The translations under genes were made by a program, and so were the position numbers. 64,000 nt of DNA from a virus. Its lineage: Duplodnaviria > Caudoviricetes. Below the pieces are notes generated by a model that worked only from the letters and a program-made list of their open reading frames with translations, did not search any database and was not told the DNA's origin. The DNA is taken from positions 5,296 through 69,295 of the IMG/VR virus record IMGVR_UViG_2882682849_000004. One strand, given 5' to 3'. Below are positions 36,325 to 44,465 of this stretch, piece after piece (position 1 is the first letter of the stretch; each line of letters begins with the position of its first letter).

Positions 36325-37702
36325 GGTTCCCACCTCTCTTTTCGGTTACTGCCAATGCTATAACTCCGGAGAGAATAACGGTCAGAAGGCTTCCTACAGT
36401 CTTGCAGCCGACTATTCCCTTTATATTTCCATACCCGAACACCGGTAACCCGATCGACATAGCGGAGATAACACCAGCCACTATACCCTGGGGCACCAGC
36501 CTTACACCTTTGAGAGTAAGAATCGTTGGTAGCAACGTGGATGCCCTAAGCGTTCCGTACATCAGAAAAAGGTGTGTAACTGTGAGCCCTGGAATATTAG
36601 CAACGGCAATTCCGATTACTAACAGCAAAATCATGGAGAGTTTCGTTTTTCTCAATGTATGTTTCCGAAAAATATCTGTTGTAAGGGAAGATACTGCGCA
36701 TAAGTTGCTGTCAATCGTTGACAGCAGGCCGGAAATAATCATAAATAAAAATGGAATTACTGCCCAGGCCGGAAATAATGTGCTTATCAATTCAAAATTG
36801 ATTATCCCAATATCTACCGCAGTATATCCTATACCGGCACCGATAAATCCGAGGCCCCCCATAGACAGCGGTACAATGCCGAACAGCAGAGCTCCCACCA
36901 GAAATGCTCTGCCGATCCTGTCCTTTTTAACGCAGAAAGCCCTCTGCCAAAAACACTGATCTCCAAATGGACCGGATATAAGCCCAATTGTAGTTGGCAG
37001 CCCGAAACCGAGAAAAATTTCCCACCCTCTTGATGAAAATAGGCCTCCTGCATCCCCGGCGGCTCCTCTTAAGCCTATAAGCAACGTTTCCATCCCTCCG
37101 CCATTATTAATACCAAAAGCTACAAAACCAGTGCTGATGGCCAACATGAAGATCATCTGAATAGCATCTGTCAGTATCGAGGCCCTTATCCCAGAAAACT
37201 GGGAGTAGGAAAATGCAATCGCCGCCATGAACACTGTCATGGTGGAAAACGGGATTCCTGTAAGTATACTTAAAATTTTACTGCCTGCCAGCAACTGTAC
37301 TCCGGTAGATAATGTCGACAATACGCAAAGCTGAAACAGATATATATTTTTCACGGATTTAGATCTATACTTTTTGTACATATAGCCTGATAAGGTAATC
37401 CCTTCCGGCATTTCTTCTCTGACTCTTTTTGCAAATGGAATAAATAGTATCAGGCAAAGCACATTAGGTGCCAAAAACCAAAATAGCCCTGCAAAGCCAT
37501 TGGTATATGCATTCTCGGTTGATGTGAACAGCGCTGGCGCCCATATCCATGTAGCTGCTATACTCAACGCCGATGTTCTCCATCCAATATTTCTGTCTCC
37601 AATGCAAAATTTTTCAACGCTTTTTTCTTTTTTTGTCATAAGTACCGTTGCCCCTAACATCACCGCTGTATAGGACAGCAGTACAATCAACGTATAATTC
37701 AT
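36317..37702 (-). CDS. Sodium:solute symporter (SLC5-like) membrane transporter
   Basis: ~13 TM helices; SIAATWIWA, YSQFSGIRASILTD, DQCFWQRAF, SGLLSTIDSNL. Confidence 0.88.
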   Translation of the reverse strand: MNYTLIVLLSYTAVMLGATVLMTKKEKSVEKFCIGDRNIGWRTSALSIAATWIWAPALFTSTENAYTNGFAGLFWFLAPNVLCLILFIPFAKRVREEMPEGITLSGYMYKKYRSKSVKNIYLFQLCVLSTLSTGVQLLAGSKILSILTGIPFSTMTVFMAAIAFSYSQFSGIRASILTDAIQMIFMLAISTGFVAFGINNGGGMETLLIGLRGAAGDAGGLFSSRGWEIFLGFGLPTTIGLISGPFGDQCFWQRAFCVKKDRIGRAFLVGALLFGIVPLSMGGLGFIGAGIGYTAVDIGIINFELISTLFPAWAVIPFLFMIISGLLSTIDSNLCAVSSLTTDIFRKHTLRKTKLSMILLLVIGIAVANIPGLTVTHLFLMYGTLRASTLLPTILTLKGVRLVPQGIVAGVISAMSIGLPVFGYGNIKGIVGCKTVGSLLTVILSGVIALAVTEKRGGNHG

Positions 37703-37783
37703 GATATAATCCTCCTTCATTTTCTGGAGGAGCCCTCATGCTACCATTTATCTGCCCACTCTCCTTTCCTGGAAAAATGCATG

Positions 37784-37815
37784 AAAAAAGGAAGTCCATT
37801 AATATCCAGACTTCC
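37784..37815 (-). terminator. Promoter-proximal terminator of late transcript
   Basis: GGAAGTC-N12-GACTTCC-TTTTTT. Confidence 0.65.
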
Positions 37816-37846
37816 CTGACGCTTGATTTAAAATTTTACAACTACA

Positions 37847-37875
37847 ATTTTGCCACTTTTATATTGTAATGTCAA
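37847..37875 (-). promoter_or_regulatory. Putative late promoter
   Basis: TTGACA-N17-CAAAAT with TG before the -10, directly downstream of the late regulator gene. Confidence 0.55.
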
Positions 37876-37900
37876 TTGAAAGTTTTTTGAGCGGGAGGAT

Positions 37901-38653
37901 TTAACGAACGTTCAAGCCATCCACCCCAAATATAAGAGCTGTCAGTCTTTCGATTCCCACTCGCAAATCAGAATATACACTATCTTTGGAAATATTATAT
38001 TTAGCAGCAACCTCTTTGGCCGACAACATATCCTCCGACATATATATATCCCATACCACATTATATCGGCGCAGATCAATATCTCTTTTTATGGACTTAT
38101 CACAGTAGGAATAATATAATCCAAACATGGTTTCTATGTGTGAAACTATAATTGCGGTCCTTGTAGCGCTATTTTTAATACTCTGGATGACTACCTCGTC
38201 ATTATAAATCGACATCATGGATTCCAGAATATCTAATGCAGACTCTTTCATTTGTGTTCGCCCAAAAACAGATTTTTCAGCATGTTCCTTTAACATATGA
38301 TAATTTCGCAGAAGCAGCTTCGTATTATGGAGCCGCTTATCTGTTCTATGGCTATATTCCTTTTTCCGCTCCTGCTCGAAGGTCTTAAGTGCCTCTCGGG
38401 CCCCGATTGCTGCTGCTTTTTCATAGATTTCGCACAGCTCTGAGTGCTTAAGGCAAACTATTTTTTCAGGTTGCGATTCGAGCTCATTTGTACATTTCTG
38501 TTTTTGATCCAACTTTTCTGCATAATTACATAGTGCTTTTTTAACTGCTTCAGGCAAAATCCCCATTTCCTCAGCAATCTGCTCCACTCTCCAGTTGGCC
38601 GAATGAAGCGCTACTATCTTATCAATATCAATTTTTCTATTATCTGTCTTCAC
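37901..38653 (-). CDS. Late transcription regulator (RinA/ArpU/Q-like position, C-terminal sigma-region-4-type HTH)
   Basis: RLHNTKLLLRNY, SAKEVAAKYNISKDSVYSDL; last gene before late module. Confidence 0.72.
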   Translation of the reverse strand: MKTDNRKIDIDKIVALHSANWRVEQIAEEMGILPEAVKKALCNYAEKLDQKQKCTNELESQPEKIVCLKHSELCEIYEKAAAIGAREALKTFEQERKKEYSHRTDKRLHNTKLLLRNYHMLKEHAEKSVFGRTQMKESALDILESMMSIYNDEVVIQSIKNSATRTAIIVSHIETMFGLYYSYCDKSIKRDIDLRRYNVVWDIYMSEDMLSAKEVAAKYNISKDSVYSDLRVGIERLTALIFGVDGLNVR

Positions 38654-38730
38654 ACAATCGCCCTCCTGATACTATCTTATATTTTATTTAATAACTCTTT
38701 GGAGGGCAGTAAAAGTGCTCTCCTTATATC

Positions 38731-38931
38731 TTAATTTTGTGACTGCAGATACTCGTCCAAGGTCATTTGTCCAGGGATATCATAATGCTGTACATCCAAA
38801 GCATGTGAATAATTACTTTTTTTATTGCTCTGCAAATTAGCTCCAAACATCCTTTTATAACAAACTGGACCATACCCTAATTCTTTGCTTTTTCGACTTT
38901 TTAATGTTCTTCCACATATGTAACACCTCAT
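38731..38931 (-). CDS. Small zinc-finger protein (DUF6011-like)
   Basis: CYICGRTLKS..S..LGYGPVCY. Confidence 0.75.
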   Translation of the reverse strand: MRCYICGRTLKSRKSKELGYGPVCYKRMFGANLQSNKKSNYSHALDVQHYDIPGQMTLDEYLQSQN

Positions 38932-38934
38932 AGA

Positions 38935-39272
38935 TTAACCTCCTACGCCACTCATATTATCAATGCTGCTCCAAATGATTTTGTGTATCGTCAAAACATA
39001 ATAGTCAACACCTTCTTCTGCCCCCATTCTATTTTCCCTTGTTTTATTTCAAGTGAACAATCAGCAACAAAAGACGGAGAATTTTTACCATATCCATTTC
39101 TAAACATAATCTGTTTCTGCTCATTCCCCACCGGAATAAAAGAATATGGTGTCATATAAAACACATTATTGAATCGGCTTTTGTAGTATGGCTTAATTTC
39201 TCGATATTCCTCTTTCTTTTTTCCGGACAATATCATGTCAAACCATTTCTTTTTTATTGGCAGTATCAGCAT
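38935..39272 (-). pseudogene. ASCH/PUA-domain gene with apparent 1-nt deletion in a G5 run
   Basis: MLILPIKKKWFDMILSGKKKEEYR..KPYY; one more G at 39021-39025 restores EWGAEEGVDYYVLTI... to TAA 38935. Confidence 0.65.
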
Positions 39273-39307
39273 TTATTTTCTCCTATTCTCCAACAAGCCA
39301 CTAAAAT

Positions 39308-39520
39308 TTATTTTCCAAGTAACGGAAACTTCTCATTTAGATCAGCCGCATAACTATTCTCCGGACCCTTTTCATAACCTTTTATCAGATAATTTGCCCA
39401 AGGATCGTAATCATAAAATCCTTTATTCTTTTCGGATACTATGCACGGGGCATATATTTTAGGCGCATCTTTGGAGATTTCTATTAATGAATCTCTGTTC
39501 TCATTTATGTATAAAATCAT
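39308..39520 (-). CDS. Hypothetical protein
   Basis: 70-aa ORF co-oriented with early genes. Confidence 0.55.
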   Translation of the reverse strand: MILYINENRDSLIEISKDAPKIYAPCIVSEKNKGFYDYDPWANYLIKGYEKGPENSYAADLNEKFPLLGK

Positions 39521-39568
39521 AGCAATTCTCTCATAACATCCAAAAATTTAATTTATCCAAAACGCTGC

Positions 39569-39697
39569 TTACAGGAAATCTTTCAGCGCATCTTCAAGCA
39601 TCCCTCTGTCTTTGTGTGATATAGCAACAATAATTTCCTCATCTGCCTGTACAATAGCATCTATAATCTGTTCGATTGTATATTTTTCTTCACTCAT
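39569..39697 (-). CDS. Small hypothetical protein (42 aa)
   Basis: MSEEKYTIEQII...; RBS AAAGGGG. Confidence 0.45.
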   Translation of the reverse strand: MSEEKYTIEQIIDAIVQADEEIIVAISHKDRGMLEDALKDFL

Positions 39698-39707
39698 TTT
39701 TCCCCTT

Positions 39708-39950
39708 TCATTCAATGCCGCCGAATTTTACGATTTGTTTTGCTTCTTCAATCTCAACTGCTAAATTGCAAGGATAAAGTTCATCCTCATACTTCGCTTT
39801 TTCCAACTGCTCCACAACCTTATCCACGTCATAGGCGGTAGGCTGTTCATCAATAAGTTTTTGTGCCGCTTCCCTTGTGTCTTTCGCAAAATCAGAAGCA
39901 CCTATAAAAACCTTTCCAAAATCAATCTTATCTGCATCAATCAGTCTCAT
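39708..39950 (-). CDS. Phage hypothetical protein (MRLIDAD family)
   Basis: MRLIDADKI...EQPTAYDVDKVVEQL pattern common in Firmicutes phages. Confidence 0.7.
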   Translation of the reverse strand: MRLIDADKIDFGKVFIGASDFAKDTREAAQKLIDEQPTAYDVDKVVEQLEKAKYEDELYPCNLAVEIEEAKQIVKFGGIE

Positions 39951-40201
39951 TCTTCCTTTTCTCCCATTTCCCCACAAACCACTTTCAACACTTCCACTTG
40001 TGAACAGCTATTCAGCAGTTCCACATCTTTCACCGACATTTCCCCGTTTTTCTTCCTATACTGCCGTTTCTCCGTAATGCGGTAGCCTGTAATCATGCGG
40101 TTCTGCTGGTCTCTGTAGAATTGGTATGTGTTAATTTTATAGATATAGCCTTTTGCAATTAAAGCGGATTGCAGTTTGTTTATGGTTTTGCGAATGTTCA
40201 T
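39947..40201 (-). CDS. Phage hypothetical protein
   Basis: MNIRKTINKLQSAL...YKINTYQFY. Confidence 0.65.
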   Translation of the reverse strand: MNIRKTINKLQSALIAKGYIYKINTYQFYRDQQNRMITGYRITEKRQYRKKNGEMSVKDVELLNSCSQVEVLKVVCGEMGEKEE

Positions 40202-40545
40202 AAATCATTCTTCTCAATAGCTTTCTGCATTTCTTCTTTCATTTTGTTTGCCAATCTGAAGGCATTAACTATATTTTCTTCTGTTGCGTCTCTGCTGTCG
40301 GCATATCCGGCATATGTATATATCGCCTCTCCATCTTTTGTGAAGAAAAAGTCCATGTCTAATGTATTGCACGTCATATAACTTCTTTTTACCGGCATGG
40401 ACTTTCTGTAAAATATACCGATAATCCTATCAGCCCATGTTGTTAAATCTGATTTTCTTTCAAATGTGGTTATATGAGCGTCAAGATTGCACGCTTTGCT
40501 TGCTATGACTAATGCTTCTGCCTGCTGCTCTATGGTATATTTCAT
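40198..40545 (-). CDS. Hypothetical protein
   Basis: 115-aa ORF, overlapping stop/start. Confidence 0.65.
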   Translation of the reverse strand: MKYTIEQQAEALVIASKACNLDAHITTFERKSDLTTWADRIIGIFYRKSMPVKRSYMTCNTLDMDFFFTKDGEAIYTYAGYADSRDATEENIVNAFRLANKMKEEMQKAIEKNDL

Positions 40546-40610
40546 ACTTTCCTATCCTTTCCAACGCTGAATCAGTGCTTTTTGGAGTTTGTTTATTGTT
40601 GCTCGGATGT

Positions 40611-40997
40611 TCATAATTCTTTCAATACAGCTTCAGCTTCTTCTCTGGTAAAAAATATAATATCCCCGATTTTATCAAAAGAAGCATCCGTATATCTGTT
40701 ATCATCAATTATAAAAATCTTCATTTCGATTGCAAATTCGCCTATTCTGATAGATGTGATTTCACCATCAATAACGGTTTTAATATCCTTTCGCAAGAGA
40801 TATACCCTTTGTCCTGCCTTACAAGGCAGTTTCAGCAGCTTCCCCTGTTCCTCTAAGTCCTCGTATTCCGCCAACTTATTTAAAACTTTTGTAATCTTGT
40901 TAAATTCTTCACCCGAAAGGTTACATTGCAAATCCATACTATCAACACCGATAATATCAGCATTTCCAAATTCATCACGCTCTGTCAATCTTTTCAT
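40611..40997 (-). CDS. Phage hypothetical protein (KLAEYEDLEEQGKLLKLPCK family)
   Basis: MKRLT..., FFTREEAE C-terminus. Confidence 0.72.
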   Translation of the reverse strand: MKRLTERDEFGNADIIGVDSMDLQCNLSGEEFNKITKVLNKLAEYEDLEEQGKLLKLPCKAGQRVYLLRKDIKTVIDGEITSIRIGEFAIEMKIFIIDDNRYTDASFDKIGDIIFFTREEAEAVLKEL

Positions 40998-41031
40998 CTT
41001 CCTACCCTCCGCTAAAGTTTAAATTAATTTA

Positions 41032-41949
41032 TTAAAAAATAAGTCCTTTTCTTTTACAATATTCTTTCCAAGTCTCTTTTCGGTAGCAGCCTCCATAAAC
41101 ATATCTTTGCTGGAATTCTAATTGCATCCTATTAGGCAATATTCCCAACCGTTCATTGCGTTCCGCTTGTGCATACAGGCTAATTCCTTTATACTTTTTC
41201 AGCATTTCTACCCGTTCAGATGCATCTTCAAGATTTGATGTGACCAAAAGATACACAAATATTTTGTATGGCTTAATCCCATGCTCTGCCAAAAGCTCTA
41301 TCGCATGTCTGACTGGTTCTATCTGTGATTTTTGATCACAGGAAAATCTTATATAACGTATCCACCGGAGCTGTGCAAGAATGTGCGCAACTTTGCTATT
41401 TACTAACCGCGCATCCATCCCCTGATTAAGGTCTATCTTATACCCGCTCCCAATCATACCTTCAAGTTGCGACACACCATATTCACATGCAAGAATATTA
41501 TTATCCATAAGTACAAGCTTTTCCGTGTCTTTCCTGACAAGTTCTTCCCATATCCGATAAGGCCTGATTTTCCCTTCTTTCTGGGGAACTATACACCAAC
41601 GGCAATTATTCGGGCATCCACGTGTTATATATCCTATTGCATAATCACATTCCGGATAAATGCTATAATCCGGAAACATATTATCTATCTCATCAGGCAA
41701 TGTATTGTTAACAGGTAAATCTACATAGCCGGTGCCTCCTTTAATAGCATCATACGGCAAATAAGGATCTACTGGTGTAAAGTCAAATATCTTGCTGCTA
41801 TACACCTGATCATATTTATATAATGGATTCCACCATTCAACTTTATCTCCATGCGCCTTATGCCATGCGGATATCTTCATTAATGCATAATTGGGAAATG
41901 ACTTATGTTTTAAGTAATCTTTTTCGGCATCATGCAATCCTATATTCAA
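41032..41949 (-). CDS. Radical SAM protein
   Basis: CxxxCxxC = CPNNCRWC; PNYALMKIS, MDNN, DLNQGMD. Confidence 0.85.
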   Translation of the reverse strand: MNIGLHDAEKDYLKHKSFPNYALMKISAWHKAHGDKVEWWNPLYKYDQVYSSKIFDFTPVDPYLPYDAIKGGTGYVDLPVNNTLPDEIDNMFPDYSIYPECDYAIGYITRGCPNNCRWCIVPQKEGKIRPYRIWEELVRKDTEKLVLMDNNILACEYGVSQLEGMIGSGYKIDLNQGMDARLVNSKVAHILAQLRWIRYIRFSCDQKSQIEPVRHAIELLAEHGIKPYKIFVYLLVTSNLEDASERVEMLKKYKGISLYAQAERNERLGILPNRMQLEFQQRYVYGGCYRKETWKEYCKRKGLIF

Positions 41950-42117
41950 TTATTTTCCTCCGTCAACCCCCGATAACTGCTGCCGCAACTGCTCTAAAGC
42001 ATATTGATGTATCACCCTATCTTCGCTTCTTACATCCTGAGCCAGCTGCCATTCCAACGCCTCTATCTGCCTTTGCAACTTACTCTTATCTTTTGGTATT
42101 TCTACCTGTAATCCCAT
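41950..42117 (-). CDS. Small hypothetical protein (55 aa)
   Basis: MGLQVEIPKDKSKLQRQIEALEWQL...; RBS GGAGG. Confidence 0.6.
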   Translation of the reverse strand: MGLQVEIPKDKSKLQRQIEALEWQLAQDVRSEDRVIHQYALEQLRQQLSGVDGGK

Positions 42118-42144
42118 AATCTACCTCCGCTAAATCCCGATTTT

Positions 42145-42303
42145 TTAACAGAATGGCATCCCGCACCATTCTGTACATCCATGTTTTTCCATGTCTTCCT
42201 CCGTACAGGGTATTTTATCTATATACCCCGGGCATCCGTCCGCAGCCGGACAGTCTTCATTTTTTTCCCAGTACGGACATGTATAGTCTGCGCATATCTT
42301 CAT
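42145..42303 (-). CDS. Cys-rich 52-aa protein
   Basis: MKICADYTCPYWEKNEDCPAADGCPG...; 8 Cys; upstream AGGAAGG. Confidence 0.45.
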   Translation of the reverse strand: MKICADYTCPYWEKNEDCPAADGCPGYIDKIPCTEEDMEKHGCTEWCGMPFC

Positions 42304-42423
42304 AAACCATCATTCCTTCCTACATTTCCTCAAATTCCGCCTAGAACCCGAATCTTTTAGCCAGAGACTTTACAATCGCCTTTTTATCCTGTTGCCTCCA
42401 TCCCTCTATCCGTATGATTATTT

Positions 42424-43266
42424 TCATCCCGCACCTCCTGTATTTAAAATAAAATCATCAAGCGACATCTGCACACTGCTCTCATAATTCATCCACACAA
42501 CTTCTGTCCTTGGCCCGCCATGCTCCGCGCAGCTCTTAAAAGATTTTTTATGCCATCCGGACAGATAATCGTTGTACATTTCCGACTCATAGCCGGAGAT
42601 CATCACTTTAGCTTTAAGTTCCAGCGCCACTTTCAGCAGTTCTTCATGATCCGCATCCGACATTTCATATTTATACTGCTTTCCTGTCCTGACCTCCAGC
42701 AGGTACGCAGGGTCAAGATACATAAATACATTTGGATAATCAAAGCGCTTTATTACCTCCAGCGCCGGCCTGTTTTCTATCTGCACATGGCGCAGGCGCT
42801 CCGCTATATCTAAAATCCACTCTGGGAGGCGGTACCAGTTCCAGAGGGCGTAGGCCCTCTCCCTTCCCACCACATCATTTTTCCATCCAACCATGTAGCC
42901 GTTTGTCCTAAACCCGTGTCCCTGCCAGCATTTAACCAGGAAACCTGCTGCCCGCTGGAACCTGCTTGCATATATTTCTTCCGGTGCCCCCTTAAACTGG
43001 CTCTCGTAGGTCTCCCGAGAGTATGGCGTTGTCATAACCAGTCTGGCCAGCCGTTCGGAGTCTTTTTGTATGCAGGAAAAGAGGTTTGTAACGTCAGAGT
43101 CCAGGTCATTGATTGTCTCTATGGCGGAGGGACGCTTGTTAAACAGGACGGCGCCGCTGCCGAAGTAAGGCTCTACGTAACTGTGATGTTCCGGTATCAG
43201 CCTTACAAGCTCCTTTGCTATATTCCATTTGCTCCCCGGATATTTAAGTACTCTTTTTGCATCCAT
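42424..43266 (-). CDS. DNA adenine methyltransferase (D12/Dam class)
   Basis: LKYPGSK, YVEPYFGSGAV, INDLD, MYLDPAY (canonical DPPY, here DPAY). Confidence 0.9.
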   Translation of the reverse strand: MDAKRVLKYPGSKWNIAKELVRLIPEHHSYVEPYFGSGAVLFNKRPSAIETINDLDSDVTNLFSCIQKDSERLARLVMTTPYSRETYESQFKGAPEEIYASRFQRAAGFLVKCWQGHGFRTNGYMVGWKNDVVGRERAYALWNWYRLPEWILDIAERLRHVQIENRPALEVIKRFDYPNVFMYLDPAYLLEVRTGKQYKYEMSDADHEELLKVALELKAKVMISGYESEMYNDYLSGWHKKSFKSCAEHGGPRTEVVWMNYESSVQMSLDDFILNTGGAG

Positions 43267-43275
43267 GGCTTACCC

Positions 43276-43416
43276 TCACACGTCCGTATAATACAGGCAT
43301 GCCTGCCTGACCACCTCGTGTTTCAATGCCTCGTCCACTGTGCACCCATGGGTACTGCAGTATTTTTCCACATACTCCCAGAACCTTTTATTGTGCCTGT
43401 ATTCGTTTTCTATCAT
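43276..43416 (-). CDS. Small hypothetical protein (46 aa)
   Basis: MIENEYRHNKRFWEYVEKYC...; fills gap between genes. Confidence 0.55.
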   Translation of the reverse strand: MIENEYRHNKRFWEYVEKYCSTHGCTVDEALKHEVVRQACLYYTDV

Positions 43417-43439
43417 AAATCTTATTTTTCTCCTTCTTA

Positions 43440-44060
43440 TTAAGCTAAATAGCAATCCAAATTTATATGTATCTTGGCAACTTCTACCGCTGCTCTATAG
43501 ACAGCCGCGTATCTGCCATCACCGTGAGTCTTCTGCACCCTCTCAATAAATTTGTCAATTTTACCACAAAAACATCCGCATTTAACTGCAATCTCATTAT
43601 CTTTGTCTCTAAAAAATGTTGTGAAACTATTCCGACTGCCAATAGGGCCTATCACAAGCAAATGGTTCTCATATAAGATTTGGGCATCACCGCAGACTTT
43701 GGCATTACTGTAAATATCGACATTACCGTAAACTTTAGCATTACCATAGACCTCAGCATTGTTGCAAACACAGACATTACCGTAAACCCAGGTATCATTA
43801 TAGACTTTGGCATTACCATAAACCTCAGCATTATTGCAAACTTTGGCGTTATCGAAAACCTTGGCATTACCATAAACCTTGGCATTACCACAGACCCAAG
43901 CTTTATTTTCCTGTGAGAGGTTTTCCTCTTTTTCTATCCATCCTCCCAGATCCCCAGCTTTAATTACATCAAAAGATGCTATTGCCCTTATTCTCTTGAG
44001 GGTAATATCCCCATTTGAGCCAATCTTTTTTGTTTCCCCTGTAAATTCATATTTTTTCAT
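43440..44060 (-). CDS. Hexapeptide-repeat (left-handed beta-helix-like) phage protein
   Basis: ~12 copies of V[YCF][GDN]NA[KE] (18-nt repeats at ~43690-43895); GGWIEKEENLSQ. Confidence 0.8.
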   Translation of the reverse strand: MKKYEFTGETKKIGSNGDITLKRIRAIASFDVIKAGDLGGWIEKEENLSQENKAWVCGNAKVYGNAKVFDNAKVCNNAEVYGNAKVYNDTWVYGNVCVCNNAEVYGNAKVYGNVDIYSNAKVCGDAQILYENHLLVIGPIGSRNSFTTFFRDKDNEIAVKCGCFCGKIDKFIERVQKTHGDGRYAAVYRAAVEVAKIHINLDCYLA

Positions 44061-44071
44061 CTCTACCCCCA

Positions 44072-44419
44072 TTAAATCCTATTTTTTATGATCCGCATTC
44101 TTTTTCTATTTTTCTTTGCTCCGTAATCCGATATAATAAATTTTACACATTCACTTTTTTGCTGATTTGTAAGACAAAAATCTCCGTTATATACTTGGCA
44201 CTCATCACAGTTAAAACATGGTTCTTTCATTTCTGCCGGCTCTACCTTACGCCATAACTCTTCTGCATTATTTGCACAATACTGGCATAGGCAGTTGGCA
44301 CAACGTATTACCGGGTTTTTCACTTTATCAAACAATTCTTCAAACTGTGGCAAAGATAAGTCTTGTTCGCTTTGGGGAATCCTTTCTATAAAATCAAATA
44401 TACTCATTTGATGATACAT
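44072..44419 (-). CDS. Cys-rich hypothetical protein
   Basis: CANCLCQYC, CFNCDEC motifs. Confidence 0.65.
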   Translation of the reverse strand: MYHQMSIFDFIERIPQSEQDLSLPQFEELFDKVKNPVIRCANCLCQYCANNAEELWRKVEPAEMKEPCFNCDECQVYNGDFCLTNQQKSECVKFIISDYGAKKNRKRMRIIKNRI

Positions 44420-44465
44420 ACCGTCTTCTCTCCATTAGTTACGAGTATCATAAAAGTGCATGGTA

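Noticed and set aside
37735-37755. GATAAATGGTAGC resembling the 3' part of a SAM-II riboswitch
   Set aside because: The 5' stem and pseudoknot partners of SAM-II are missing; likely a chance match
39947-39990. Possible extra A frameshift at the end of ORF 39947-40201 (…LKWFVGKWEK… in the alternate frame)
   Set aside because: The present frame already ends with a normal ATGA overlap into the next gene; no independent support
43690-43895. Regular 18-nt repeats resembling a CRISPR or VNTR array
   Set aside because: They encode in-frame V-Y-G-N-A-K hexapeptides inside an ORF, with no unique spacers and no cas genes
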